Shown piece after piece: positions 27,492-37,535 of a DNA stretch of 64,000 bases. Position numbers and translations under genes: made by a program. The notes beneath the pieces are model-generated. The model ran no database searches and had not been told where the DNA came from. It saw nothing but the letters and a program-made list of their open reading frames with translations. Location of the stretch: the NCBI GenBank assembly GCA_965197905.1, contig CBDAOB010000003.1, forward strand, positions 1,056,001 to 1,120,000, in the 5' to 3' direction. How positions within the stretch are numbered: position 1 is the stretch's first letter; every line of letters begins with the position of its first letter. The stretch comes from Candidatus Latescibacterota bacterium. Lineage in GTDB: Bacteria; Latescibacterota; UBA2968; UBA8231.

Positions 27492-30005
27492 TTGCGCAAT
27501 CGAGCCCAAGTGGAAACTAACCATAATAGTTCACATCGATCGCCTTCGCAGCGACGACCGAGATTCTTCCTGGTTCCAGGGGGAGTCATTCTTCTTTCCG
27601 CTCTTCTATTTCTCTTTCAATTTACGACGCTAGCTAAACTGGCCGTACTATCTCCTGGCGCGAGCCATCATAACCTCCGGAATTTCGCCCGGGCACTGTC
27701 AGAGCGGATTGCGTTCGACGCCTTGGATCTCATGCTCGTCCTGCTTCTTCTGGCGGTCACTTTGGCGCTGCTCTATCTGGAGGCCAGGTGGGAGATGGTC
27801 ACCTCGTTTCTCAAGTCCGTATTCGTCAACGATCGCCGGGCCGTACTGCTGTTATTCGCTTCATCCCTGGTTCTCGTACGCTACTATTTTGCCGTCGGCA
27901 ACTTCAACTGGGCTGGTGACGCACCGCAGCATGTCGTCACCGCCCATATGGCGGCGCTCGCCATTGAACATGGTGAGCTCCCTATCTGGACCTTCTTCAT
28001 AGGGAACGGATCCCCGTATCTGCAGCACTATGGCTTTCTCTTTCCCTACCTGGTCGGTTTCGTGAATCTGTTGACTGACGATCTATCCAGCTCCATGAAG
28101 GTGGTGCTTGCGAGCGGACATCTCCTGTCCGGCATTGGCATGTATCTTTTTGCCAGCAGGCTTTGCAAGTCAAGAAGGGCGGGTTTTGTCGCCGGGCTCG
28201 GTTACGTGCTTTGTTTTTGGCATCTGCAACAGGTGTTGATCATGGGGCGCACACCCCTAGGACTCTACTACGGTATTCTGCCCTGGGCTTTCTACTTCTT
28301 CGAGGAATCGTCGCGTGCCGGCCGCAGGATCCAGGCTGCGCTACTCGGCGGTGTAAGCGTCGCCCTATTGAGCTTTACCCATCCCGCTTACGGCTTCTAC
28401 ACCTGTGTCTTGCTTCTCATTTACGCCGCCGTGCGTCTCCTGCTTTCGCGAGACGATGCCAGCGTCAAAGGGATGATGGGTGCCGGTTTGCTCTACATGG
28501 CATGCGCGCTTCTGTTCGGGGCCTACATGAATCTCGGCATGTGGGTGGAGAGCGCCTTTACTAATATGAGCAACTTTGAATTCGGTCTGAGGGAATCGGC
28601 GAGTCCGGCGCTGGGGTTGCCTGGCCCAACGTTGCTCCACGTTCTGAGCTGGTCCAACTACCGCTTCTGGTTATTCCCAGTTGAGGAACGACATTGGTAC
28701 GGGGGGTATCTTGGGCTTTCCCTGATCGCCCTGATGACGGTCGGGTGCTTTGGCCTAAGTCTCCTGCGGCGAAACGTCCGCATTCGTCGCTACCTGCCGG
28801 GATTCACAGTGTTGTTTCTCGTCACGCTGATTCTCGTCGCATATCGCTGGCCGCCGATCAACGAAGTGAACCTCATACAGATATTCAACCCCTCGAGATA
28901 CCTGCTTTTCGTTGCTTTTTTTCTCGCGCTGTCGGCGGGTGTCGGCAGTCATCTCCTGTGCCTGTTCAAGCCCGTGCAATTCCGTCGAAGCCGGTGCTAC
29001 ACCATCCTTCTTCTCATTCTTTTGATAGATCTGGGTCCCACCACGTTTCAGCAGCCTTACGGTAAGAAGCTGCATATGTTTTTTCCGCAACTGGCCAACT
29101 TCTCCGAGGACGCCCCAGTAGCTGCCGATAGCTCTCCGGTGCCCAATTTCAGAGCCCAGTGGGTTTCCGACGGGAATCATTCCTCCTTCGCGATCGCTAG
29201 AATGGTCATCGACGGCAAGACGCCTGTCCCTGAGGTCTACCATCCCGGCGAGTTGCCCGCTTCCGCGGCGTTCACCGGTCCGATCATGTACGCGCTGCGC
29301 CAGGTCCTGTCGGAGACTCAGACCACCTTCGCCTTCGCCGCCCATCCCTGGCGGATCCTGTTGCTTAGCGGCCTACGCCTCTTGAACACCCGCTTCGTGG
29401 TGGCGACCACGCAAACGGTGGCCAGCGGATTCTCGATAGAGATTGACAACAGTCCGGTGGTTGTCTCGCCGCGCATTGCTCCGTTCGAGCCCGAACCGGT
29501 GACTCCAGAGGACATGAACAGCGAGGTCGGACGCATGTTGAAATTGGGGCAGCTTGAGTCGCGCATGCAATTCTCGATCAAGAACGGCCTGCGCATGGTT
29601 CAGGGTATGGGTCTGGATCCGGTGAGGAACGTGTGCGAGCGCATTTTGGTTGGAGTTGACCGGAAAGCGATTTTCCTCGGCACGGCTCCAGATGTCGAGG
29701 TGCTCGAACATACGGTGGGTCACCACGATGCCCGATTGCGGATCCGTCTTACCGAGGCCGGATTCGCACGCCTGGCGTACGCCTACTTTCCCTTTCTTAA
29801 GGTTACTGTCGACGGATCAACCGTTGTGCCAATCGAGACTGCTGATCGATTCATCGCGCTAAAGCTCGAGGAGGGCGAACACGAGATCGTGATCGAGGCG
29901 CGACTGTCTCCGTTGCGCCGAACCCTTCTCTGGCTCGCCGTGGCTGGCTTTGTAGTGGTCGGCGCTCTTGCGTGGCGCGAGCGGCAGATCAATCGGGTGC
30001 GATAA
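27492..30005 (+). CDS. Polytopic membrane protein, PTPS-related/YfhO-like (GT-C-type glycosyltransferase candidate); start uncertain
   Basis: GDAPQH, PIWTF..GNGSPYLQHYG, many TM helices, and a C-terminal YFPFLKVTVDG...GEHEIV plus TM typical of YfhO. Confidence 0.65.
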   Translation: MRNRAQVETNHNSSHRSPSQRRPRFFLVPGGVILLSALLFLFQFTTLAKLAVLSPGASHHNLRNFARALSERIAFDALDLMLVLLLLAVTLALLYLEARWEMVTSFLKSVFVNDRRAVLLLFASSLVLVRYYFAVGNFNWAGDAPQHVVTAHMAALAIEHGELPIWTFFIGNGSPYLQHYGFLFPYLVGFVNLLTDDLSSSMKVVLASGHLLSGIGMYLFASRLCKSRRAGFVAGLGYVLCFWHLQQVLIMGRTPLGLYYGILPWAFYFFEESSRAGRRIQAALLGGVSVALLSFTHPAYGFYTCVLLLIYAAVRLLLSRDDASVKGMMGAGLLYMACALLFGAYMNLGMWVESAFTNMSNFEFGLRESASPALGLPGPTLLHVLSWSNYRFWLFPVEERHWYGGYLGLSLIALMTVGCFGLSLLRRNVRIRRYLPGFTVLFLVTLILVAYRWPPINEVNLIQIFNPSRYLLFVAFFLALSAGVGSHLLCLFKPVQFRRSRCYTILLLILLIDLGPTTFQQPYGKKLHMFFPQLANFSEDAPVAADSSPVPNFRAQWVSDGNHSSFAIARMVIDGKTPVPEVYHPGELPASAAFTGPIMYALRQVLSETQTTFAFAAHPWRILLLSGLRLLNTRFVVATTQTVASGFSIEIDNSPVVVSPRIAPFEPEPVTPEDMNSEVGRMLKLGQLESRMQFSIKNGLRMVQGMGLDPVRNVCERILVGVDRKAIFLGTAPDVEVLEHTVGHHDARLRIRLTEAGFARLAYAYFPFLKVTVDGSTVVPIETADRFIALKLEEGEHEIVIEARLSPLRRTLLWLAVAGFVVVGALAWRERQINRVR

Positions 30006-30792
30006 CCGGATTCTCGAGGCGACCGATCTTTTCCAGCTCCACTATCATATGGTCATCCGGTTGCAGGAACACCGGCGGTTTGCGCGCGAAGCCAACCCCT
30101 TGGGGCGTGCCGGTTAGAATCACCGTGCCGGGAAGCAGCGTCGTGTCCCGGCTCAAGTAGCTGACCAGCTGGGCGACGGTGAAGATCATGTCGCCGGTGG
30201 TGTGGTCCTGCATGGTTTTTCCGTTCAGCACCGTGCTGATGGCGAGCGCCTGTGGGTCGGGGATCTCGTCGGCGGTGACGAGGACCGGCCCCAGCGGACA
30301 GAAGGTGTCGAACGATTTGCCTCGAATCCACTGTCCTCCACCGGCGTTCATCTGCCAATGCCGGGCCGACACATCGTTTGCCGCAGTGTAGCCCAAGACG
30401 TAGCGGAGGGCATCGGCCTCGGAAACGTCCCGGCAACTTTCTCCGATGACCGCCGCCAGCTCACACTCGTAGTCGACCTCCGAATCATTTTGACAGGCAG
30501 GCAACCGAATAGGCGCGCCAGGATGCTGCAGGCTGGATGTGGGTTTCATGAACAGGATCGGCTTTTCAGGCGGTTCCATGCCGGATTCAGCGGCGTGCTC
30601 CCTGTAGTTGAGGCCGATGCAGAAGATGTTGGTCGGTTCCAGCGGCGCCAGCAGCTTTTCCACCTGCGCGTCTCTGTCTGTTGAGGAGAGCCCATCATAC
30701 AGGTCCCCTTCAAGAACAAGCGTTTGCCCGCCGTCCTTCTGTTCACCGAAACGAATGGTTCCATCTTCACCGACGAATCGAATTATGCGCAT
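29989..30792 (-). CDS. Fumarylacetoacetate hydrolase family protein
   Basis: CIGLNYREHA, DYECEL, ANDVSAR, GKSFDTFCPLGP and ILTGTPQGVG. Confidence 0.95.
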   Translation of the reverse strand: MRIIRFVGEDGTIRFGEQKDGGQTLVLEGDLYDGLSSTDRDAQVEKLLAPLEPTNIFCIGLNYREHAAESGMEPPEKPILFMKPTSSLQHPGAPIRLPACQNDSEVDYECELAAVIGESCRDVSEADALRYVLGYTAANDVSARHWQMNAGGGQWIRGKSFDTFCPLGPVLVTADEIPDPQALAISTVLNGKTMQDHTTGDMIFTVAQLVSYLSRDTTLLPGTVILTGTPQGVGFARKPPVFLQPDDHMIVELEKIGRLENPVIAPD

Positions 30793-30899
30793 CGTTGCTT
30801 GACTCCGTTTGATTGGTGCGGCTGTCGTGGAACAAACATCTATCGCCGTGTCCTAGTGTCAAGAATACGACGGTGTTTACCTCCTACCCCGGGACCTGT

Positions 30900-30928
30900 T
30901 TGACACCTTCGGCCGGTTGAAATACCCT
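30900..30928 (+). promoter_or_regulatory. Putative sigma-70 promoter
   Basis: TTGACA-N17-TACCCT about 55 nt upstream of ATG 30983. Confidence 0.55.
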
Positions 30929-30982
30929 TGAGCCGCCAGCCCGTTTCGCGTGCAGAGCCTATTGCACAACTGGAGACCGATC

Positions 30983-32005
30983 ATGCAGCATCATACGGTA
31001 GAAAGAGATCCAGGTTTGTCCTGGGTAAAGGATGAGCAACCCGCCATTGAAGCCCCGCCTGATGAAGCCGAAGGCGCCGCTGCCCCGGCCCCGGAGGCGC
31101 AATGGCCAGCGGACAGTATCCGCACCGGACTGTGTGGCGCCGTATCCCCCAACATCATATCTCTGCCGGATGACAGCTTCCGCATGTTCTACTGTCAGAT
31201 GCTCCCGCGGGCTGGGTTTCCCGCCGGCGCCAACGATTACGACAATTGCACAACCCGCCTGCTGAGCGCCTACTCTGTGGACGGACTAACCTGGACTCCT
31301 GAGCCTGGTGTGCGTCTTGGAGCGAAGCAGGGAGGTGCCGGGGAATTCCGCGTTGTTTCGCCGGAGGTTGCGCCGTTGCCCGACGGCACGGGCCGTCTGC
31401 GGATGTATTACGAGTGCTCGCCCGGTCCGGATAACGGTCCATCCACCTTGCGCAGTGCTATATCTGATGACGGCGGTCTCGAGTGGACGGTGGAAGAGGG
31501 AGTGCGCATCGGTGATCCCAACGGGAGCTTCAACGCGCCTCGCCTGATCTTTCTGGATGACGGCAGATGCCGGTTGTACTTCAGTGAGCGCGGCGGCGGC
31601 ATCAATAGCGCTCTCTCGGATGATGGACTGAACTTCCAGCGCGAACCGGGGGTGCGGATCACGGGTGGTTCCACCTACGACGCCGTCAATGCGTTTGCTC
31701 CGGAAGTGCTGCGCATCCGCAGCGGAGGGTATCGCATGTATTTTTCCGGCTACAGCGCCAGCACCCAGGCACAGGTCCTCGGCGCCGTTTCGGAGGATGG
31801 CCTGACCTGGCAGAAGGAAGAGGAACCGGTTATCCCGCCCGGCGGGCGTTTGGATGGCGCCAAGGCTTCCGAGATGTGTGTCATCGCGATTCCGACCGCA
31901 GACGGGAAGGGCGAGCAGTACCGCATGTTCTACGAGGCCTGCGATGGTACAGCGGTAGATAAGCGTGGGGTATGGCGCATCGCCGGTGCTACCGCGTCTA
32001 GCTAA
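30983..32005 (+). CDS. Repeat beta-propeller protein (GH43/32-like fold candidate)
   Basis: Four repeats of (R/L)-M/L-Y/F...A-x-S-x-DGL-x-W/F-x-x-EPGVR. Confidence 0.7.
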   Translation: MQHHTVERDPGLSWVKDEQPAIEAPPDEAEGAAAPAPEAQWPADSIRTGLCGAVSPNIISLPDDSFRMFYCQMLPRAGFPAGANDYDNCTTRLLSAYSVDGLTWTPEPGVRLGAKQGGAGEFRVVSPEVAPLPDGTGRLRMYYECSPGPDNGPSTLRSAISDDGGLEWTVEEGVRIGDPNGSFNAPRLIFLDDGRCRLYFSERGGGINSALSDDGLNFQREPGVRITGGSTYDAVNAFAPEVLRIRSGGYRMYFSGYSASTQAQVLGAVSEDGLTWQKEEEPVIPPGGRLDGAKASEMCVIAIPTADGKGEQYRMFYEACDGTAVDKRGVWRIAGATASS

Positions 32006-32074
32006 TGGGTCCAATCCGGGTGCTTCGAGCAACTCTATCGGGATGACTTTTCGGCCTACCTTCGACCTGCATCG

Positions 32075-33316
32075 ATGACCTTCATTCTCGAATTTATTGA
32101 ATCAGCTGGAGTCGACGGCGTTGGCTCTGAGTACCTGGCAATCGGCGCCGGGCTCGCAGCCATCGCTGTTGCTAGTTTCCTCGCTTTCTACATCGTGCGC
32201 CGACCGCTTCTCGCCGTAGTTCATCGCTTCATCAGAGGGACTGAATCCACCTGGGACGACCCCCTTGTTGAACACAGGGTCCTGGAGCAGCTGTCACACG
32301 TAGCTCCCGCCCTGCTCCTATTCCTTCTTATTCCGCTCGTCCTGGAAGAGTACCAACGGCTGCTGCGAATCGCGCATCAGGTCCTGGTGATCTACGTCGT
32401 GATTGTCGCCGCCCGGGTAACGGATCTCTTCCTCAGCGTCGTTTCCGATGTCTGGAGCCGCTCCGAGGGGGCGCGGGACATCTCCATCAAGAGCTTCGTT
32501 CAGTTCTTCAAGATCATCATCTACGCAGCTGCCGGCGTACTAATCCTCTCCGGTCTCCTGGGCCGTTCGCCGCTGGTTCTGCTGAGCGGTCTAACGGCTT
32601 TGACCGCCGTGGTCCTGTTGGTTTTTCGCGATACGATCTTGGGCCTGGTTGCCGGAATCCAGCTTTCCGCCAACCGCATGGTAGCCGTCGGTGATTGGAT
32701 CGAGATGTCGAAATACGGCGCCGACGGCGATGTCCTCGAGGTGGCGCTGACCACCGTAAAGGTGCAAAACTGGGACAAGACCATCACCACGATTCCGACC
32801 TACGCGCTCATCAGCGAGTCCTTCAAGAACTGGCGCGGGATGCAGGAATCCGGCGGCAGGCGCATCAAGCGGTCGATCAATATCGATATCCAGACTGTTC
32901 GACATTGCGACGAGGAGATGCTGCGGCGCTACAGTCGCATCCAGCATATCTCTGAATACATCGGACACAAAAAGACGGAGCTGGCGGCCTACAACCAGGA
33001 GCACAGCGTCGACCTGGAGTCCCTTGCGAACGGCCGCAGAATGACCAACGTCGGGACCTTTCGTGCCTACGTGATTGCCTATCTGAAGAATCATCCAAAG
33101 ATCAACCAGGAGATGACCTTTCTCGTGCGGCAATTGGCACCCACCGAGCACGGTCTGCCGCTGGAGATCTATGTCTTCTGCAACGATGTGGCGTGGGTCA
33201 ACTACGAGGCCGTCCAGTCGGATATCTTCGACCACCTGCTGGCCATCACAGCCGAGTTCGACCTGTCGGTTTTCCAGGCGCCCAGCGGTGAGGATATCCG
33301 CCGCCTGCGCAGCTGA
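32075..33316 (+). CDS. mscM: Small-conductance mechanosensitive channel, YbdG/MscM type
   Basis: LLVFRDTILGLVAGIQ, GDWIEM..YGADGDV, VKVQNWDKTITTIPTY, NWRGMQESGGRRIKRS and TNVGTFR. Confidence 0.9.
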   Translation: MTFILEFIESAGVDGVGSEYLAIGAGLAAIAVASFLAFYIVRRPLLAVVHRFIRGTESTWDDPLVEHRVLEQLSHVAPALLLFLLIPLVLEEYQRLLRIAHQVLVIYVVIVAARVTDLFLSVVSDVWSRSEGARDISIKSFVQFFKIIIYAAAGVLILSGLLGRSPLVLLSGLTALTAVVLLVFRDTILGLVAGIQLSANRMVAVGDWIEMSKYGADGDVLEVALTTVKVQNWDKTITTIPTYALISESFKNWRGMQESGGRRIKRSINIDIQTVRHCDEEMLRRYSRIQHISEYIGHKKTELAAYNQEHSVDLESLANGRRMTNVGTFRAYVIAYLKNHPKINQEMTFLVRQLAPTEHGLPLEIYVFCNDVAWVNYEAVQSDIFDHLLAITAEFDLSVFQAPSGEDIRRLRS

Positions 33317-33318
33317 CC

Positions 33319-34047
33319 GTGGCGTGCGACGCCGGCGCGGTTATATCCATCGCCCGCGCTTTGGGAACGGCGGTGCACAAGCTTCGTTTTGCTGCGCCTG
33401 TCACCCATGTTTACAATCCCCTGGATTACGCCTTCGAAGCGCACAGCACCTACCTCAAGCAACATTTCAACGGAGCAGCCGATACCATCCTGCTCGGCAT
33501 GAACCCGGGTCCGTGGGGCATGGTGCAGACCGGCGTTCCCTTCGGCGAAGTGACGCTGGTGCGCGACTGGCTGGGGATTCGTGCGGGGATCACCAAACCC
33601 GGGGAGCAACACTCGAAGCGCCCGATCGACGGGTTCGAATGCGGACGCAGTGAGGTAAGCGGCCAGCGACTGTGGGGATGGGCGCGAAACCGATTCAAGA
33701 CCCCGGAGAGTTTCTTCCGGCGCTTTTTCGTCTGGAACTACTGTCCGCTGGCATTCATGGAGGAGTCCGGTCGCAATCGCACTCCCGACAAGCTGCCCGC
33801 GTCAGAGCGGGTGCCGCTTTACGAGATCTGTGATCAGGCATTGAAACAGATGGTTGAGATTCTTGAACCTGAACGAGTCCTGGGGGTCGGCAAGTTCGGT
33901 GAGCAGCGGGCGCGTGGGGCGCTGGCGCAGGCAGTGAGCATTGGCAGTATTCTACACCCCAGCCCCGCCAGTCCGGCGGCTAATCGCGGCTGGTCAGAGC
34001 AGGTGGAGAAGCAGTTAGAAGAGTACGGAATCGAACTACCTAATTAG
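33319..34047 (+). CDS. SMUG1-type (family 3) uracil-DNA glycosylase
   Basis: VYNPLDYA, GMNPGPWGMVQTGVPFG, SEVSGQRLW, NYCPL and HPSP. Confidence 0.92.
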   Translation: MACDAGAVISIARALGTAVHKLRFAAPVTHVYNPLDYAFEAHSTYLKQHFNGAADTILLGMNPGPWGMVQTGVPFGEVTLVRDWLGIRAGITKPGEQHSKRPIDGFECGRSEVSGQRLWGWARNRFKTPESFFRRFFVWNYCPLAFMEESGRNRTPDKLPASERVPLYEICDQALKQMVEILEPERVLGVGKFGEQRARGALAQAVSIGSILHPSPASPAANRGWSEQVEKQLEEYGIELPN

Positions 34048-34079
34048 GGGCAACCACACAGACAACGGAAAGGCCTGGA

Positions 34080-35585
34080 ATGAAACATCTGTTCATCGAT
34101 GATCACGAGCTGGAAGAGATCGACAACTTGGCGCGTAAGCTGCATCAGCCGCACAAATTTCGCGGAAACGCCGTGGTGCGTCCCGAAAACCGCTGGGAAA
34201 ACTGTGTGATCGAGATTCGCACCACCCCGGCCTGGGATCCGGAGGAAGGCCTGTTCAAGATGCTCTACCAGTCCGGAGCCGAAGGGCCGGACCCGAACCT
34301 CACGCTTGATGTCACCGGGGCCCCCGCCGGCGAGGAGAGCTTCATGTGCCTGGCTACGTCGGAAGACGGAGTCAACTGGGAGAAGCCTAACCTGGGGCTT
34401 TTCGACTACCACGGAGTGCTGTGGAACGGCAAACCGATCGGCAAGGAGAACAATATCGTCGGCGTGGGCCGCAGCCTCTTCCTGGCGCCTATCTACGACG
34501 GCACCGATCCCGACCCGAGTCGGCGCTACAAAGGCATGGGCTGGTGGGCGGGGGGGAGCGGCGGATTGACACCCGTGGTGTCCAGCGACTGTCTCCACTG
34601 GAGCGCGTTGGAAGATTTCAATGTGCCGAGCTCCGACGAGGCGCATCTGACGCATCTGTCGGACGAGAAACGGTTCGTGGCTATGGTGAAGAACCGCGGA
34701 CCCGGCGGGCGCGCCCCGTACGGAAGAAGCCACTGTTTGAGCATCAGCGAGGACTTCGAGAACTGGAGCGAGCTGGAACTGGTCTTTCACGCCGACCAGG
34801 AAGACCAGGAAAACGGCATGGAGCGCATCGCGCGTTTCATCGAGGATCCCGAGTACCTGAGCCCGGTCTACAATCGGCCCGAGGAGTACAGGACCGATGT
34901 CTACAATTTTCCGGTGTTCAAGTACGAGGGGTTATATCTGGGGCTCCCGGTCATGCACCACTGGACCGGCAAACACGCACCGCTTTACGCGAACGTCGAC
35001 AGCCGTAAATCGGTGGAACTGACCAGCAGCCGCGATCTGCGGAACTGGGAACGGTCGGCGAACAGGGCGCCCTTTCTGGAGTTGTCCAAGGTGGGGGACG
35101 GCAGCGCCTACGATACCGGTCAGGTTGTTGTGACCAACGGACCGGTAGTGCGCAACAACGAGCTCTGGTTCTACTACCTTGCCTGCCGCCATCGCAGTCA
35201 ATCGATCGAAGATACCCTGAACCGCAAGTACCTGGACACCGCGGCGACGTGCATGGCCCGTCTGCGCATGGATGGGTTTGTGTCGTTGAAAGGGGGTGTG
35301 GAGTGGGGCTCGGTGCTCACCAAACCTATCGAGGTCACGGGCGAGCGGCTGCATATCAACGTGGACTCCTGGCGGGGCAAAGTAACGGCTGAGGTTCTGG
35401 ACGCGTCCAGCAGCGAACCTATCGCCGGATACACGAATGACGATGCAGTGCCGGCGGTACTTGATAACATCGATCACGCCATGAGCTGGAAGGATAAAAC
35501 GGATCTTTCGGGGCTACGTGGCTGCAAGGTGCGCCTGCGATTCTCTCTGTGGAACGGCGAGCTCTACTCCTACTGGTTTGAATAA
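34080..35585 (+). CDS. Uncharacterised glycosidase-like beta-propeller protein
   Basis: KHLFIDD, ATSEDGVNWEKPNLG, DPDPSRRYK, SSRDLRNW, LRMDGFVSL and RLRFSL..GELYSYW. Confidence 0.8.
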   Translation: MKHLFIDDHELEEIDNLARKLHQPHKFRGNAVVRPENRWENCVIEIRTTPAWDPEEGLFKMLYQSGAEGPDPNLTLDVTGAPAGEESFMCLATSEDGVNWEKPNLGLFDYHGVLWNGKPIGKENNIVGVGRSLFLAPIYDGTDPDPSRRYKGMGWWAGGSGGLTPVVSSDCLHWSALEDFNVPSSDEAHLTHLSDEKRFVAMVKNRGPGGRAPYGRSHCLSISEDFENWSELELVFHADQEDQENGMERIARFIEDPEYLSPVYNRPEEYRTDVYNFPVFKYEGLYLGLPVMHHWTGKHAPLYANVDSRKSVELTSSRDLRNWERSANRAPFLELSKVGDGSAYDTGQVVVTNGPVVRNNELWFYYLACRHRSQSIEDTLNRKYLDTAATCMARLRMDGFVSLKGGVEWGSVLTKPIEVTGERLHINVDSWRGKVTAEVLDASSSEPIAGYTNDDAVPAVLDNIDHAMSWKDKTDLSGLRGCKVRLRFSLWNGELYSYWFE

Positions 35586-35586
35586 G

Positions 35587-35606
35587 AGGACGGGGCGTCC
35601 TATTTT
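35587..35606 (+). terminator. Possible intrinsic terminator
   Basis: AGGACG-ggg-CGTCCT followed by ATTTT immediately after a stop codon. Confidence 0.4.
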
Positions 35607-35672
35607 ACCAGATTTGGTTTTCTGGCAGGACTTTCTACTTTACGGGTCCTGGAGTGAAAAAAGGAGAACCCT

Positions 35673-37523
35673 ATGAGTTCAGGGAAATTCGATTTATCCA
35701 TATCCATTGGGGGAGCGGCTGGACAAGGGATTGCGACCCCCGGTAACATCCTCGCTAGAATGTTTATCCGGCGTGGTCTCCACTTCAATGCCTATAACGC
35801 CTACCAATCGATTATCCGCGGGGGGCATATCTTTCTGACGGTCCGCGTCAGTGACCACGAGATCGACAGCCACGGAGACAAGATTGACCTCCTGATTGCT
35901 CTTAATCAGGACACCATGAACCGGCATCTGAGCCTGATGAGGCCGGGTACCCGGGTGATTTTCAACGGCGACAATGTGGAAGCCGGCGAGGCCGAAGAGG
36001 GGGTTCATTGTTGCCCGCTGCCCGTTGCTGAGCTGACCGACAACAACCGCAATAAGCTGGTACAGAACACCGTGGCTCTGGGGACGATCATGCATCTGCT
36101 CGGTCTGGAGTTCCAGATCCTCGAGGACATTCTGACGTTGCAGTTTCAACGCAAGGGCCAGGATGTGGTCGATGAGAACGTCGCCGTCGCCCGCGCCGGT
36201 TTTGAGTACGCCAATGCGAACTTCGAACCCTTCTCCCACTCGGTTCCGGTGGGCCCGAAACCGTTGGCTGTCTGGACCGGTAATGAGGCGCTGGCTATGG
36301 GTGGCGCCGCTGCCGGAGTGAAATTCTATTGTGCCTACCCGATGAGTCCATCGACTGGAGTTCTCCACTGGATGGCCAACAACGCCCGCGATCTGGGGAT
36401 CATGGTGCGGCAGGTCGAGGATGAAATCGGCGTGGCGAATATGGCCATTGGGGCAGCCCATACAGGGGTTCGGGCAATGTGTGCAACCTCTGGCGGTGGA
36501 TTCGCATTGATGACCGAAGCGATAGGCAGTGCGGCGATGATGGAGATTCCTGTCGTTTATATCGATGTGCAGCGAGCCGGGCCCTCCACGGGCGTGCCCA
36601 CCAAGACCGAACAGGGAGATCTGTGGCAGGCTCTCGGAGCCAGCCAGGGGGATTTCGAACGTTTTATCGTGGCTCCAAAGAATGCCCTGGACGCCTTTGA
36701 TACCATGGCCGAGCTATTCAATCTGGTCGACAAGTGCCAGTGCCCCGGCATCGTCATTTCGGATCTGCTGATCTCGGAAGGTACCTTCAGCGTTGATCCG
36801 GATGACATCAACATGAATCCAGAAATCGATCGGGGTGATGTGATCACCGAATCACAGAGGGAGATCAACGATTCCCCGAACGGATCCCAGGGTCGCAACG
36901 GCTATGAGAAAGGTCTGATTGGGACACCCAGTAATGGCTACCTGCGATACGAGGATACCGAGAGTGGGATCTCTCCCCGGGCCCTTCCAGGACTGGAGGG
37001 CTATGTGCATGTTGTCGCCACGGATGAGCAGGACGAGGACGGCGTTTTGATCAGTGACGAGTGGACCAATCCTCACAAGCGTCGCAAGATGGTCGAAAAG
37101 CGGGCTCGAAAATTCAAAGGTGTCGCGGCTCAGGTGCCTCCTCCCCAGGTAGAAGGTCCGGAGGATGCTGAGATCACGCTGATAGGGTGGGGATCCACTT
37201 ACGGCGTGATCAAAGAGGCCATCGCGCAGTTGAAGGAGCGGGGTGTCAACGTCAATCATCTTCCGATCAAGTGGATCGTACCTTTGCACGGAGAGGTCGT
37301 GACGGAAGTCGTCGCCAACGCCGGACGGACCATCATCGTCGAGAACAACCATTCAGGGCAGTTCTACCGCTATCTGCGGAGCGAAACCGGACTTGCGGTA
37401 GACGGACATATTCGCAAGTACGATGGAGAGCCGTTCATGCCACACCATATCGCTGACGGAGTTCTGGAACTGATCTCTGGTACGGAAGACGTTTACGTCC
37501 CCTACCAGGAAATCTTGGTCTGA
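35673..37523 (+). CDS. korA: 2-oxoacid:ferredoxin oxidoreductase alpha subunit
   Basis: GGAAGQG, IRGGH, YPMSP, QVEDEI, ATSGGGF, QRAGPSTGVPTKTEQGD and GWGST. Confidence 0.93.
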   Translation: MSSGKFDLSISIGGAAGQGIATPGNILARMFIRRGLHFNAYNAYQSIIRGGHIFLTVRVSDHEIDSHGDKIDLLIALNQDTMNRHLSLMRPGTRVIFNGDNVEAGEAEEGVHCCPLPVAELTDNNRNKLVQNTVALGTIMHLLGLEFQILEDILTLQFQRKGQDVVDENVAVARAGFEYANANFEPFSHSVPVGPKPLAVWTGNEALAMGGAAAGVKFYCAYPMSPSTGVLHWMANNARDLGIMVRQVEDEIGVANMAIGAAHTGVRAMCATSGGGFALMTEAIGSAAMMEIPVVYIDVQRAGPSTGVPTKTEQGDLWQALGASQGDFERFIVAPKNALDAFDTMAELFNLVDKCQCPGIVISDLLISEGTFSVDPDDINMNPEIDRGDVITESQREINDSPNGSQGRNGYEKGLIGTPSNGYLRYEDTESGISPRALPGLEGYVHVVATDEQDEDGVLISDEWTNPHKRRKMVEKRARKFKGVAAQVPPPQVEGPEDAEITLIGWGSTYGVIKEAIAQLKERGVNVNHLPIKWIVPLHGEVVTEVVANAGRTIIVENNHSGQFYRYLRSETGLAVDGHIRKYDGEPFMPHHIADGVLELISGTEDVYVPYQEILV

Positions 37524-37535
37524 GGAGGTGCCTAT

